Below are positions 1 through 10,750 of a stretch of DNA of 64,000 bases, piece by piece (the stretch's first letter is position 1; the number at the start of each line of letters is the position of its first letter). Origin of the DNA: Sulfuricella sp. (lineage in GTDB: Bacteria > Pseudomonadota > Gammaproteobacteria > Burkholderiales > Sulfuricellaceae). The notes below the pieces were generated by a model. That model saw only the letters and a program-made list of their open reading frames with translations. It searched no databases and had not been told where the DNA came from. Position numbers and translations under genes: made by a program. Location: assembly GCF_035531155.1 (NCBI RefSeq), contig NZ_DATKTK010000050.1, positions 14,294 to 78,293 on the forward strand, written 5' to 3'.

Positions 1-619
1 AGATGCTGTTCACCGGGAGCAAGCCGCGTTGCTCTCGCGCCTCGTTAACCGGATGGCGGTGCAGCAACATCTGGGTTTCATTGAGGAGGCTGTGCCAGCG
101 TTTGCCATCCGATCCACTTGGCAGAATATTCCGGATATTCCTGCCAATAGCGGTTTCCAGGGGATGGGTTTGCAGGTGGGCGGGGGGGTGAGTCAGGCGC
201 AAATGCCAGTGGCCGGGCCGGGTCGGAAAGAAGCGCATCCCCTCATCGGCGAAATGCTCGTTAAGGGCGGCAGTCAGGCTGTTCGCCTCTTCCTGAGTGA
301 TGTCCAGGTTGCCGGCATCCGCCAGCACCAGTCGGTCGCGTTGCAACTGCAGGTGCACGGGGTCCGCCAGCAGCCAGAAATCGCCGCCGGGGTTGCCGCC
401 GTCCGCCAGCAGAGTGAAGGCCGCTACGGGCCAGTCGTGCTGTTTCTCGACACCGAAGCTTCGGCACAGCCAGGCATCCATGCTGTCATCCGGAAGCGTC
501 TTCTGGCTGCCGCGCGCCAGCAGCGTTGCCAGAGCGGGCAGGGATAAATCCCGTAGCGCGTGTCTGGTTTCGGGGCGGAAGGGCGGAAACAGGCCCGGAA
601 TGAGAAGATGGCAGTGCAT
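1..619 (-). CDS. RpfE-type / phosphoglycerate-mutase-like protein (partial, runs off the left edge)
   Basis: Manual translation from ATG at 619 gives MHCHLLIPGLF...WLLADPVHLQLQRDRL...LNETQMLLHRHPVNEAREQRGLLPVNSI with no stop before base 1. The ADPVHL and QMLLH-HPVN motifs match this family, which is often divergent from lolC. Absent from the ORF track because it lacks a stop. Confidence 0.7.
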   Translation of the reverse strand, partial: MHCHLLIPGLFPPFRPETRHALRDLSLPALATLLARGSQKTLPDDSMDAWLCRSFGVEKQHDWPVAAFTLLADGGNPGGDFWLLADPVHLQLQRDRLVLADAGNLDITQEEANSLTAALNEHFADEGMRFFPTRPGHWHLRLTHPPAHLQTHPLETAIGRNIRNILPSGSDGKRWHSLLNETQMLLHRHPVNEAREQRGLLPVNSI

Positions 620-738
620 TGAGGGGCTAGGTTATCATCAGAGCGGCGGCAGGCCAACTCTTCCCGGCTTCGGTTAGCCGGTTTTGTGTTTCCGGCCGTT
701 AAGTGGCAAACTGGCGCCTTTGCCAGCCATTCTAAACC

Positions 739-1983
739 GTGCAACCTTTCGAGCTCTTCATCGGCCTGCGTTACACCCGCACCAAGCGGCGCAACCACTT
801 CATTTCCTTCATTTCCCTGGTTTCCATGCTGGGCATTGCGCTCGGCGTGGCGGCGCTGATCGTGGTGCTTTCCGTGATGAACGGCTTCCAGAAGGAGCTA
901 CGCACCCGCATCCTGGGCGTGGCGGCACATGTCCAGATCAGCGGCGCGAACAATACCCTGGCCGATTGGCAAAGTGTTGCCGGGGTGGCGGCGCAGCATC
1001 CCGAGGTGGTCGGCACGGCACCCTACGTCATGGCGCAGGGGCTGCTATCCTACGACCAGACCGTGCAGGGGACGGTGGTGCGAGGCATCCTGCCTGATCG
1101 CGAGGCGCAGGTGTCCGAGCTGGCAGAGAAGATGAAAGTGGGCCGGCTGGACGCTTTGCGCTCCGGCGAGTTCGGCATTGTGCTGGGTTCCGAACTGGCG
1201 CGGACGTTGTCTGTCTCGGTGGGCGACAAGGTGGTGCTGATTGCGCCTCAGGGACGAGTTACGCCGGCCGGCATCATGCCGCGGGTGAAGCAGTTTAGCG
1301 TGGTGGGGATTTTCGAGGCTGGCATGTACGAATTCGATGCCGGACTGGCACTGGTTCATATGGACGATGCGGCCAGGCTGTACAGCATGGGCAGCCGCGT
1401 TTCCGGGGTACGACTGAAACTTTCGGACATGAACCTTGCGCCGCAGGTGGCGCGGGAGCTGTCCGCCCGCTTCGGTGACGATATCACCATTAGCGACTGG
1501 ACGCGGCAACACGCCAATTTCTTCCGCGCCATCCAGATCGAAAAGAACGTGATGTTCATCATCCTGCTGCTGATCGTTGCGGTGGCGGCGTTCAACATCG
1601 TCTCCACCCTGGTGATGGCGGTCACCGACAAGCAGGCCGACATCGCCATCCTGCGCACCCTCGGCGCCTCGCCTGCAAGCATCATGAAGATTTTCATCGT
1701 CCAGGGCACCCTGATCGGGGTGATCGGGACGCTGATCGGCGTGGCCGGCGGCGTGGTGCTGGCGCTGAACATCGACGTGGTGGTGCCGGCCATCGAACGG
1801 CTTTTCGGCGTGCATTTCCTCGCCAAGGATGTGTATTACATCAGCGAACTGCCTTCCGACTTGCAAAGCCGCGACGTCGGGGTAATCGCCATCGTGTCTT
1901 TCGTTCTCACCCTGCTGGCGACGCTCTACCCCAGCTGGCGGGCTTCCAAGACCAACCCGGCGGAGGCGTTGAGATATGAGTAG
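739..1983 (+). CDS. lolC: Lipoprotein-releasing ABC transporter permease LolC/LolE
   Basis: [25 protein letters not shown] and [10 protein letters not shown] motifs; directly followed by lolD. Confidence 0.95.
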   Translation: MQPFELFIGLRYTRTKRRNHFISFISLVSMLGIALGVAALIVVLSVMNGFQKELRTRILGVAAHVQISGANNTLADWQSVAGVAAQHPEVVGTAPYVMAQGLLSYDQTVQGTVVRGILPDREAQVSELAEKMKVGRLDALRSGEFGIVLGSELARTLSVSVGDKVVLIAPQGRVTPAGIMPRVKQFSVVGIFEAGMYEFDAGLALVHMDDAARLYSMGSRVSGVRLKLSDMNLAPQVARELSARFGDDITISDWTRQHANFFRAIQIEKNVMFIILLLIVAVAAFNIVSTLVMAVTDKQADIAILRTLGASPASIMKIFIVQGTLIGVIGTLIGVAGGVVLALNIDVVVPAIERLFGVHFLAKDVYYISELPSDLQSRDVGVIAIVSFVLTLLATLYPSWRASKTNPAEALRYE

Positions 1984-2656
1984 CGTGCTTTCCTGCACCA
2001 ATCTGCACAAGGTTTTCCGCCAGGGCAAGGTTGAAGTGCCGGTGTTGCTCGGCGTGAACCTGGAAATCGAGCAAGGCGAGCGGGTGGCGATTGTGGGTAC
2101 GTCAGGCTCCGGTAAAAGCACGCTGCTGCATTTGCTGGGCGGGCTGGATGATGCCACCTCGGGCGAGGTCGCTATCATGGGGCGAAACGTGCATGAACTG
2201 GGCGAGTCCGAACGCAGCAGCCTGCGCAACCGGTCGCTCGGCTTCATCTACCAGTTCCACCATCTGCTGCCGGAGTTTTCCGCGCTGGAAAACGTCGCCA
2301 TGCCGCTCCTGATCCGGCGCATGAAGCCGGATGCCGCCTATGAGCAAGCGGCGGAGATTCTCAAGCAGGTGGGCCTGGGGCATCGCCTCAGCCACACCCC
2401 CGGCGAGCTTTCCGGCGGCGAACGCCAGCGCGCCGCCGTGGCCCGTGCCCTGGTGACGCGTCCGGCTTGCGTGCTGGCGGACGAGCCGACCGGCAATCTG
2501 GACCGCCATACCGCGGAAGGGGTGTTCGACCTGATGCTGGAACTGAACCGGGAGCTTGGTACCAGCTTCATCATCGTCACCCATGACCCGGAGCTGGCGG
2601 CGCGGACGCAGCGGGTGCTTCGTCTGGTTGACGGAGTGCTGAGTTCTGAGTCCTGA
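1976..2656 (+). CDS. lolD: Lipoprotein-releasing ABC transporter ATPase LolD
   Basis: Walker [26 protein letters not shown]; overlaps the lolC stop. Confidence 0.95.
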   Translation: MSSVLSCTNLHKVFRQGKVEVPVLLGVNLEIEQGERVAIVGTSGSGKSTLLHLLGGLDDATSGEVAIMGRNVHELGESERSSLRNRSLGFIYQFHHLLPEFSALENVAMPLLIRRMKPDAAYEQAAEILKQVGLGHRLSHTPGELSGGERQRAAVARALVTRPACVLADEPTGNLDRHTAEGVFDLMLELNRELGTSFIIVTHDPELAARTQRVLRLVDGVLSSES

Positions 2657-2691
2657 AAGTGGTTTTACTCAGTACTTTCTACTCAGAATTC
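2634..2691. repeat. Heptamer-period imperfect inverted repeat (GAGTNCT x3 / ACTCAG arms) spanning two convergent stop codons
   Basis: GAGTGCT GAGTTCT GAGTCCT GA ... ACTCAGTACT ... ACTCAGAATTC. Confidence 0.6.
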
Positions 2692-3223
2692 GCTTTTGCC
2701 GTCGCCGCCAACTGATCACGACATGCAGCCGCCACAGCCCGCGCACCAGGAAATAACCACACACCGAAAAGATCGAGCCGAGGATGGGAACCCCAACCAG
2801 CAGCGGCAAGCCGAGTGGGCCCAGCCAGTTGAAGAAGGCGGGTAGCCAGTTAGCTAGACTTTCTGCCTGGAATTCAGTGTAGAGGTTGTGTGTACCGTCG
2901 CTCCTGCCGGTCACAAATGCGCCGATTTTATAAGCGAGCAGATAGAGCGGGACGAAGGTGAGCGGGTTGGTGTAAAGGGTGGTGAATACCGCCACCGGCA
3001 GGTTGACGCGGAACACGACAGCGAAAATTGCCGCGAACAACATCTGCACCGGCCCCGGAATCAGGCCGGTGAACAGGCCCACCGCCACACCGCCTGCGAC
3101 AGAGTGGCGGTTCAGGTGCCACAGGTTGGGATGATGCAGCAGCGTGCCAAAATGGCGCAGATGCCAGTGCTCCCTCATACTGTGGGCGCTGGGCAGAAAC
3201 TTCCTCAGGATTTTTCGCGGCAT
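2669..3223 (-). CDS. DUF2062 family membrane protein
   Basis: LWHLNRHSVAGGVAVGLF and TLYTNPLT motifs; usual neighbour of comEC. Confidence 0.85.
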   Translation of the reverse strand: MPRKILRKFLPSAHSMREHWHLRHFGTLLHHPNLWHLNRHSVAGGVAVGLFTGLIPGPVQMLFAAIFAVVFRVNLPVAVFTTLYTNPLTFVPLYLLAYKIGAFVTGRSDGTHNLYTEFQAESLANWLPAFFNWLGPLGLPLLVGVPILGSIFSVCGYFLVRGLWRLHVVISWRRRQKRILSRKY

Positions 3224-3243
3224 AATTGATTCTATCTTAAAAT

Positions 3244-5589
3244 ATGCGCACCAATATTCTCGCCTTCATCCTGGGTATTTGGCTGCTGCAGCAGCAGGCG
3301 GCGTTGCCTGGTCTGGCCTGGCTTGGCCTGCTGCTGCCTTTGTGGCTGGCAGGCCGTTTCCTTCCGGCGGTGCCACGGGGGCTGCTGGCCAAGGTGTTTT
3401 TTCTCGGGCTCGGTTTCTTCTGGGCCGCCTTCATGGCCCAGTTGCGGCTGGCCGATGCACTGCCTTCCGTCTGGGAAGGGCGCGACATCCAGGTGGTCGG
3501 TGTGGTGGCGGGCCTGCCGGTGGAAACCGAACGCGGGCTGCGCTTTACGTTCGACGTCGAGCGCGTGAAAACCCTGGAAGCGGTCGTGCCCCATCGCATC
3601 CAGCTCACTGCCTATAGCGAGGGTTTTCGCCAGAAACCATCCGGCGTCGCGCCGCCCGATTTCCATGCCGGTGAGCGCTGGCAACTGACGGTGCGCCTCA
3701 AGCGCCCGCACGGCAATGCCAACCCCAACGGTTTCGATTTCGAGGCGTGGCTGCTGGAGCGCAACATCCGCGCCTCCGGCTATGTGCGCCAGGAGGACGG
3801 TAACCGCCGCCTGGCAGAACACGTCTATCGGCCCGGCTACATCGTCGAGATGCTGCGCGAGCGGGTGGCCCAGCGGTTCCAGGCGGTGCTGGGCGAGCGG
3901 CCCTACGCCGGCGTGCTCAAGGCGCTGGCGGTGGGCGAGCAGAACGCGATTTCCCCCGACCAATGGAAGGTGTTCCTGCGCACCGGGGTGAACCACCTGA
4001 TGAGCATCTCCGGTTTGCACGTTACCTTGATCTCCAGCCTGGCCTTTGCACTGGTGTATGGCCTGTGGCGGCGCAGCCAGATACTCACCCTGCGCCTGCC
4101 GGCGCGCAAGGCGGCGGCAGTGGCGGGCGCCTTGGCCGCCTTGCTCTATGCGTTGCTGTCGGGTTTCGGTGTGCCGACCCAGCGCACCCTGTACATGTTG
4201 TCCGTGGTCGCCGTGGCGCTGTGGCTGGGGCGAGCCAGCTCGGCTTCATCGGTACTGGCGCTGGCCTTGCTGGCAGTCGTCGTGCCTGATCCGTGGGCAG
4301 TATTCGCGCCCGGTTTCTGGCTCTCTTTCGGCGCAGTGGCGGTGATCCTCTACGTTGGCGTCGGGCGTCTCGGCAGACCGCACTGGTTGCACCAGTGGGC
4401 TCGCGTGCAGTGGGCGGTGACGCTCGGTTTGATCCCGGCTTTGTTGCTGATGTTCCAGCAGGTCTCCATCGTTTCGCCGCTGGCCAATGCCTTCGCCATC
4501 CCGGTTATCAGCCTGGTGGTGGTGCCGTTGACCTTGGCGGGAGCGATTCTGCCGCTCGATTTCCCATTGCTGCTGGCGCATCAGGTGATGGCGTGGTGCA
4601 TGGCCGCACTGGAATGGTTGAGTCAGATGCCGGATGCCGTGTGGCAGCAGCATGCGCCGTCGGCGTGGACAGTGCTGGCGGCGGCGCTGGGCATCCTCTG
4701 GCTGCTGCTGCCGCGCGGTTTCCCGGCGCGCTGGCTGGGTGCGGCGGGATTTGTGCCGATGTTCCTGGTGCTGCCGCCGCAGCCCGAGCAGGGTGCCTTG
4801 TGGCTTAGCGTGCTGGATGTCGGGCAGGGATTGGCGGTGGTGGTGCAGACCCAAAACCATGCCCTGCTCTACGATACCGGCCCGCGCTATACCGCCGATG
4901 CCGACAGCGGCAGCCGCATCGTGGTGCCTTACCTGCGCGCCGCCGGCATCAAGCGACTCGACGGACTGATCGTGACCCATGACGACAGCGACCACAGCGG
5001 CGGGGCGGCTTCGGTGCTGGATGCGGTTCCGGTCGGCTGGCTCGCTTCGTCATTACCCGCCGAAAGTACTATCCTGCCCCATGCTCGAAAGTCGCTGCCC
5101 TGCTTCGCCGGCCAGTCCTGGGAATGGGACGGGGTGCGCTTCGAGATGCTGCACCCGGCCTGGGAAAGCTATGCCGACGAGCGTCTCAGGCACAACGCAC
5201 GCGGCTGCACGCTGAAAATCACCTCGCCCTACGGCAGCGTGCTTTTGCCCGCCGACATCGAGCGCGAATCGGAAGCGGAAATCCTCGCGCGCACCCCCGA
5301 CGCCCTCGCCGCCACGCTACTGGTGGCGCCGCATCACGGCAGCAAGACCTCTTCCACCGAGGCGTTCATTCGCCAGGTCCATCCTTCCATCGTGATTTTC
5401 ACTGCGGGATACCGGAATCACTTCGGCCATCCCAAGCCGGAAGTGGTGGAACGCTACCGGGTGTCGGGGAGCCGGTTGTACCGCTCGGATTTCGACGGTG
5501 CCGTGCTGCTGCGCTTTGAGAAGGGAGTTGGCATCAAGCTGCAAACCTGGCGCCAGGAACGACGGCGTTATTGGCAAAGCGGTAATTGA
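3244..5589 (+). CDS. comEC: ComEC/Rec2 DNA uptake competence protein
   Basis: HLMSISGLHV competence domain and C-terminal metallo-beta-lactamase domain (THDDSDHSGG, APHHGSKTSS). Confidence 0.95.
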   Translation: MRTNILAFILGIWLLQQQAALPGLAWLGLLLPLWLAGRFLPAVPRGLLAKVFFLGLGFFWAAFMAQLRLADALPSVWEGRDIQVVGVVAGLPVETERGLRFTFDVERVKTLEAVVPHRIQLTAYSEGFRQKPSGVAPPDFHAGERWQLTVRLKRPHGNANPNGFDFEAWLLERNIRASGYVRQEDGNRRLAEHVYRPGYIVEMLRERVAQRFQAVLGERPYAGVLKALAVGEQNAISPDQWKVFLRTGVNHLMSISGLHVTLISSLAFALVYGLWRRSQILTLRLPARKAAAVAGALAALLYALLSGFGVPTQRTLYMLSVVAVALWLGRASSASSVLALALLAVVVPDPWAVFAPGFWLSFGAVAVILYVGVGRLGRPHWLHQWARVQWAVTLGLIPALLLMFQQVSIVSPLANAFAIPVISLVVVPLTLAGAILPLDFPLLLAHQVMAWCMAALEWLSQMPDAVWQQHAPSAWTVLAAALGILWLLLPRGFPARWLGAAGFVPMFLVLPPQPEQGALWLSVLDVGQGLAVVVQTQNHALLYDTGPRYTADADSGSRIVVPYLRAAGIKRLDGLIVTHDDSDHSGGAASVLDAVPVGWLASSLPAESTILPHARKSLPCFAGQSWEWDGVRFEMLHPAWESYADERLRHNARGCTLKITSPYGSVLLPADIERESEAEILARTPDALAATLLVAPHHGSKTSSTEAFIRQVHPSIVIFTAGYRNHFGHPKPEVVERYRVSGSRLYRSDFDGAVLLRFEKGVGIKLQTWRQERRRYWQSGN

Positions 5590-5684
5590 GCGGATTCCGC
5601 AATGAACTTCAGGTTACCAATCGTTAACTGGTGGGTCATCTGATTGCTGGCTACCATCAAATCCCCGTATTTTGGATTGGAGTA

Positions 5685-6089
5685 ATGATGAGGCAGGTCT
5701 GCAATGCTTTATTGATTGCTTCGCTGACAATTCTGACCGGTTGCGACCCCTTGTCATTGACTGCGTTGGGAGTCGGTGCCGGGGCCGGCATCAACCACAC
5801 CGTGAATGGCTACACTTATCACACTTTTTCCGAAGCCTTGCCGCGTGTCAAACAGGCCGCATTGGTGGCGCTGAAACGGATGTCGATCAAGGTCGAATCG
5901 ACAGAGAAAAACGGAGTTTTTGAAACGATTAATGCCAAAAGTTCAGGGCGTTCCATCGAGCTTGAGCTGGAAGTAATCAGTCCTAAAGTGACCCGTCTTC
6001 GTTCGGTTGCGCGCAAGAACCCCTTTGTCATGGATTCGGCTACGGCCGAGGAGGTGATCGCACAGACACGGCGGGCACTGAAAGGTTAG
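5685..6089 (+). CDS. DUF3568-like lipoprotein
   Basis: GGAG then ATG at 5685 (chosen over the 5631 start in the ORF track); signal peptide with lipobox LTGC. Confidence 0.6.
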   Translation: MMRQVCNALLIASLTILTGCDPLSLTALGVGAGAGINHTVNGYTYHTFSEALPRVKQAALVALKRMSIKVESTEKNGVFETINAKSSGRSIELELEVISPKVTRLRSVARKNPFVMDSATAEEVIAQTRRALKG

Positions 6090-6173
6090 GAGGATTTTTC
6101 CGTGTAGTGAATGCACAGATGCAGGGGATATGGAGAACCCGGCATTTCTGGCCAAGTCTGCTATTATTTCGCA

Positions 6174-8369
6174 ATGGTTTCCGTCCACACTTCTCTCGCG
6201 CTGCCGATCGGCGGCGCTCAACCCGATTTCCGTTCCTGGCTGGATTCACTGGGCATAGAGTTCGGCCCCCAAGAGCGGGAAACCCTCCTGCACGCCTGCG
6301 AGTTTGCGCAGCGACTTCACGCCGAAGATCCGGAAGCCATGAGCCATGTGCTGGGCACTGCCGCTATCCTGGCGCATCAGAACCTGGATAAGGAAAGTAT
6401 TATTGCCGCGATCCTGCAAGGAGCGGCAGAGCACGGTCCGGATGAGTTAGCCAAAGTGGCGGCCATCTTCGGCGATGGGATCGCCCAGTTGGTCGATGGT
6501 GTTGCCCGCATGGGCCAGATCAGCGAATACACCGCACCGGCAGGTGGCGACAAGCGCGAGCAGGGTGCGCATATCGAGTCGTTGCGCAAAATGCTGCTGG
6601 CGATGGTGGAGGATATCCGGGTGGTGCTGATCAAGCTGGCCGAGCGCACCCAGGCCATGCGCGAGCTTTCTCGTGGCGACGAGGGCACGCGCCACCACGT
6701 AGCGCGCGAGGTGCAGGATATTTTTGCGCCGCTGGCGAACCGCCTCGGTGTGTGGCAGGTGAAGTGGGAACTGGAAGACCTGTCGTTCCGTTACCTCGAG
6801 CCCGATCTCTACAAGAAGATCGCCCGGCTGCTGGACGAGAAGCGCCTCGGCCGCGAGCAGTACATTGCGGACGTGCAAGAGCAGTTGCGGCAGGAACTGC
6901 ACAAGAACGGTGTCGTTGCCGAGGTGTCGGGTCGTCCCAAGCACATCTACAGCATTTACAAGAAGATGAAGCGCAAGGGAGTTGACTTCTCCGAACTCTA
7001 CGACGTGCGCGCGGTGCGAGTGCTGGTGCACGACCTCAAGGACTGCTACACCGCATTGGGCGTAGTGCATAGTCTGTGGCAGCCGATTCCGGGCGAGTTC
7101 GACGATTATATTGCCCATCCCAAGGGCAACGACTACCGCTCGCTGCACACCGCCGTGGTCGGGCCGGAGGACAAGGCGCTGGAAGTGCAGATTCGCACCC
7201 ACGACATGCATAACCATGCCGAGCTGGGCGTGGCGGCACATTGGCGCTACAAGGAAGGCGGCAGGCAGGATGCCGGGTTCGAGGAAAAGATCGCCTGGCT
7301 GCGCCAGATCATGGAGTGGAAGGAGGACGTCCACGATGCCGGCGAGCTGATGGAGCAATTCAAGACCGGGCTGTTCCAGGACACGGTCTACATCCTTACC
7401 CCGCAGGGCAAGGTGGTGGCGCTGCCCAAGGGGGCGACCCCGATCGACTTCGCCTATCATGTCCACACCGACCTGGGTGACCGCTGCCGTGGCGCCAAGG
7501 TAGACGGCAATATCGTGCCGCTCACTTACCCGTTACAGAACGGCCAGCGGGTCGAGATCATCACCGTGAAGCAGGGCGGGCCTTCGCGCGACTGGCTCAA
7601 CTCCAACCTGGGCTATGTCAGAACCTCGCGCGCCAAGGCGAAAATTCGCCACTGGTTCAAGCACCAGCACTACGAGGAGAACGTCACTCAGGGGCGCGAG
7701 GCGCTGGAAAAGGAAACCCACCGCCTCGGCCTGCCCCTGCCCAACCTGGAAACGCTGGCACAGAAGAACCGCTTTGCCAAGCCAGAGGATTTGCTCGCCG
7801 CCATCGGCCGCGGCGACATTACCGCCCGCCAGGTAGCTGCGGCGGCACAGGAAGAGGCGGGGTTGAAGGAGAAGGAAGAAGAATGGCAGATGCCGGCGCC
7901 GCGCGCTGGACTCGGGCCGTCTTCATCCGGGGTGCTGATCTATGGCGAAGGCGGCTTGCTTACCTCGATCGCCAAATGCTGCAAGCCGGTGCCGCCCGAC
8001 CCGATTGTCGGTTTCGTCACGCGCGGCCGGGGGGTGGCGATACACCGCAAGGATTGCCAGAATATTCTGCATTTCGACGAGAGTCAGCACGACCGGCTGC
8101 TCGACGCCAGCTGGGGTATAAAAAGCGGCGGCCACTACGACGTGGATATCGAGGTCGAGGCGAACGACCGGCAGGGATTGCTGCGCGATATTTCGGATAT
8201 CTTTACGCGCGAGAAGATTAACGTGACGGCAGTCAGCACCCTGAGCCGCGGGCTGCAGGCAGGGATGCGCTTCACCGTGCAGATCGCCGATCTCGGTCAG
8301 TTAAGCCGTCTCCTTGCCCTTATTCAGGAAGTGCCCGGCGTGGCTTGGGCGCGGCGCCTTGGCCAGTAA
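6174..8369 (+). CDS. relA: RelA (p)ppGpp synthetase with degenerate hydrolase domain
   Basis: GRPKHIYSI, YRSLHT, EVQIRT, AHWRYK, TGS and ACT domains. HD motif replaced (AILQG instead of ALLHD). Start set to ATG 6174. Confidence 0.93.
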   Translation: MVSVHTSLALPIGGAQPDFRSWLDSLGIEFGPQERETLLHACEFAQRLHAEDPEAMSHVLGTAAILAHQNLDKESIIAAILQGAAEHGPDELAKVAAIFGDGIAQLVDGVARMGQISEYTAPAGGDKREQGAHIESLRKMLLAMVEDIRVVLIKLAERTQAMRELSRGDEGTRHHVAREVQDIFAPLANRLGVWQVKWELEDLSFRYLEPDLYKKIARLLDEKRLGREQYIADVQEQLRQELHKNGVVAEVSGRPKHIYSIYKKMKRKGVDFSELYDVRAVRVLVHDLKDCYTALGVVHSLWQPIPGEFDDYIAHPKGNDYRSLHTAVVGPEDKALEVQIRTHDMHNHAELGVAAHWRYKEGGRQDAGFEEKIAWLRQIMEWKEDVHDAGELMEQFKTGLFQDTVYILTPQGKVVALPKGATPIDFAYHVHTDLGDRCRGAKVDGNIVPLTYPLQNGQRVEIITVKQGGPSRDWLNSNLGYVRTSRAKAKIRHWFKHQHYEENVTQGREALEKETHRLGLPLPNLETLAQKNRFAKPEDLLAAIGRGDITARQVAAAAQEEAGLKEKEEEWQMPAPRAGLGPSSSGVLIYGEGGLLTSIAKCCKPVPPDPIVGFVTRGRGVAIHRKDCQNILHFDESQHDRLLDASWGIKSGGHYDVDIEVEANDRQGLLRDISDIFTREKINVTAVSTLSRGLQAGMRFTVQIADLGQLSRLLALIQEVPGVAWARRLGQ

Positions 8370-8394
8370 CAGCCGGTTGGGCGCCGCGGGCCGC

Positions 8395-8595
8395 TCAGTG
8401 TGATTGCGCGGCCAATTGGGTTTTCGATTTCTCTAGTTGTTCGGCGATTTCCAGAAAACCGTCGTCCTTGGCGAACAGGGCAACCCTGTCCCAAGGATCG
8501 TTGCGATCGATGGATTTTGCGGTTTTGCAGTCGGTGGGAATGTTTTTGCGGAACTCGTACAGCATTGCTTCTGTTTGAATGAAAAAACGATGCAT
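8395..8595 (-). CDS. Small hypothetical protein (66 aa)
   Basis: GGAGGT Shine-Dalgarno 5 nt upstream of ATG 8595; fills the relA-mtfA gap with almost no overlap. Confidence 0.6.
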   Translation of the reverse strand: MHRFFIQTEAMLYEFRKNIPTDCKTAKSIDRNDPWDRVALFAKDDGFLEIAEQLEKSKTQLAAQSH

Positions 8596-8707
8596 TTGTC
8601 ACCTCCATCATGTTGGGTTTCCAGATTTCATATTCAAAGCGGAAGACGTCTTTTTTTATTATTTAAATATAGAAGTTGGCGCGATTAATTCAAGGGGATT
8701 TTTTGGG

Positions 8708-9493
8708 GTGTTGAAGGCGCTTAAATCCTGGCACAGAAAGCGCATCTTGCGGCGCAATGCTTTGCCGGAAGGGGCGTGGCGCACGGTGGTTTCAGCTCTG
8801 CCCTTGCTGCGGGGGCTTGCAGGTGAGGAGCTGGAGCGCTTGCGTGAACTGGTGGTTCTGTTCCTGCACGAAAAGGAGGTGGTCGCGGCGGGCGGCTATT
8901 CGATGGACGAGGTGGTGCGCCTGAAAATCGCCGCTCAGGCTTGCCTGCCGATACTCAATCTCGGCCTGGATTATTACGCGGGCTGGGTCTCGGTGATCGT
9001 CTATCCCGATGAATTCGTGCCGGAATACGAGTACATCGACGAAGCGGGCGTGGTGCACCTCGCGCGCGAGCCGATGGTCGGCGAATCCTGGGAGCGCGGG
9101 CCGGTCATCCTGTCCAGCGCCGACGTGGAGCGTTCCGGCGAGCACGACGGCGTCAATGTGGCGATCCATGAATTCGCCCACAAGCTGGACATGCTGAACG
9201 GCGCGCCGGACGGCTTCCCGCCGCTGCACCGTGAGATGGATCGGATCGCCTGGAATCAGGCTTTCTCCGGGGCATTTGACGACTTTAGCGCCAAAGTCGA
9301 ATCCGGCGTGGAAACGCTGATCGACCCTTACGCGGCGGAGAGCCCGGCGGAATTCTTTGCCGTGTTGAGCGAGGCCTTTTTTGAAGTTCCGCACACCTTG
9401 CGGCGGGAATATCCCGAGGTGTACCGGCAGCTTGCTGCTTTTTTCCGCCAGGATCCTGCAGGGCGGATGAGCAGGGGAACCGGGTGCGCATGA
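8708..9493 (+). CDS. MtfA-like M90 family zinc peptidase
   Basis: HEFAHKLD zinc motif and YAAESPAEFFAV; GTG 8708 is a likelier start than 8579. Confidence 0.85.
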   Translation: MLKALKSWHRKRILRRNALPEGAWRTVVSALPLLRGLAGEELERLRELVVLFLHEKEVVAAGGYSMDEVVRLKIAAQACLPILNLGLDYYAGWVSVIVYPDEFVPEYEYIDEAGVVHLAREPMVGESWERGPVILSSADVERSGEHDGVNVAIHEFAHKLDMLNGAPDGFPPLHREMDRIAWNQAFSGAFDDFSAKVESGVETLIDPYAAESPAEFFAVLSEAFFEVPHTLRREYPEVYRQLAAFFRQDPAGRMSRGTGCA

Positions 9494-10335
9494 TGTGGCA
9501 GGCTCTGGGTATCCTGGCTGCGGCCTACGCCGGTCTTGGCCTGGCGCTGTTTGCGTTGCAGTCGAACATGGTTTATTACCCCGAGATCGGGCGCGAAATG
9601 GTTGCCACGCCGCGCCAGGCCGGGCTCGATTACGAAGACGTGAAGCTGGTTACGGCGGACGGCATCACCCTGCATGGCTGGTTCGTCCCCAGCGCTGAAT
9701 CCCGCGGCACGGTGCTGTTCCTGCATGGCAACGCCGGCAATATTTCCCACCGCCTCGATTTCCTGCTGATGTTCCACCGCCTCGGCTACAGCACCCTGAT
9801 CATCGACTACCGCGGTTACGGCAACAGCGGCGGCAAGCCTTCTGAACAGGGCACCTATCAGGATGCCGAGGCGGCCTGGCGCTATTTGAGAGAAAGTCGG
9901 CAAACCTCTCCCAGTTCGATCGTGCTGTTCGGCGAATCACTGGGCGGCGCCGTCGCCGCCTGGTTGGCGGTTCGCCACGAACCGGCGGCGTTGGTAATTG
10001 CCTCCGGCTTCACCTCCGTGCCCGATATCGCGGCGCAGTTCTACCCCTACCTTCCTGTCAGGTGGCTGTCCCGTTTCAGTTACGACACGCGGGAATATCT
10101 GCAATCAGTCTCGGCTCCCGTCTTCATCGCCCACAGCCCGGACGATGAAATCATCCCCTACCGGCACGGGCGAGCGCTTTACGATGCGGCGAAACCGCCC
10201 AAGCAGTTCCTCGAACTCAGCGGCGGTCACAACGAGGGGTTTATATTCGTGCGCGATTCCTGGGTGCGGACGCTGGGTGAGTTCCTGGACGAGCATGTGG
10301 GCGCGGACAGCGGGCAAGGCACGCGCGCTGAATAA
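9490..10335 (+). CDS. Alpha/beta hydrolase with N-terminal membrane anchor
   Basis: LHGNAGN, GESLGG nucleophile elbow, GGHN; ATGA overlap with the upstream stop. Confidence 0.85.
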   Translation: MMWQALGILAAAYAGLGLALFALQSNMVYYPEIGREMVATPRQAGLDYEDVKLVTADGITLHGWFVPSAESRGTVLFLHGNAGNISHRLDFLLMFHRLGYSTLIIDYRGYGNSGGKPSEQGTYQDAEAAWRYLRESRQTSPSSIVLFGESLGGAVAAWLAVRHEPAALVIASGFTSVPDIAAQFYPYLPVRWLSRFSYDTREYLQSVSAPVFIAHSPDDEIIPYRHGRALYDAAKPPKQFLELSGGHNEGFIFVRDSWVRTLGEFLDEHVGADSGQGTRAE

Positions 10336-10387
10336 AGTTTGACAGATGAATTTTCCGAGATGCAAGCATGGGATGAAATAATAATTG

Positions 10388-10750
10388 CTAGGACACAATC
10401 CCCAACGCAACCAGCAGCGTGACCGTCCCCGCGACCAGGGCGCCGCAGCTAAGCAGCAACACGGCTCCAGCAGCGCAGTCTTTGGCGGTTTTGATGGCAG
10501 GATGGATTTCCGGATGCAGGTGATCGATCAAGGATTCCAGGGCGGTGTTGAATAATTCCGCCGCCAAGACCAGAACGGCCATGATGAAACACAACGTCCA
10601 CCATATGGGGGGCGGACGCAAGAGCAACAGCACAATCAGCAAGACGATTGCAAAACCGGTCTGCACCCGGAAGCTACGCTCTTTTTTCCAGGCTACGCGG
10701 ATGCCTGCCCAGGCAAAATCGAGACGGTTGATGAACTTTTGGTTTTTCAT
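10388..10750 (-). CDS. dgkA: Prokaryotic diacylglycerol/undecaprenol kinase family
   Basis: ELFNTALE and AKDCAAGAVL motifs; 3 hydrophobic segments. Confidence 0.85.
   Translation of the reverse strand: MKNQKFINRLDFAWAGIRVAWKKERSFRVQTGFAIVLLIVLLLLRPPPIWWTLCFIMAVLVLAAELFNTALESLIDHLHPEIHPAIKTAKDCAAGAVLLLSCGALVAGTVTLLVALGIVS

Noticed and set aside
29-547. 172-aa plus-strand ORF
   Set aside because: Antisense shadow of the recognisable minus-strand gene at 1-619.
6174-6480. Degenerate HD motif in RelA as a novelty
   Set aside because: Loss of hydrolase activity is the normal state of beta/gammaproteobacterial RelA.
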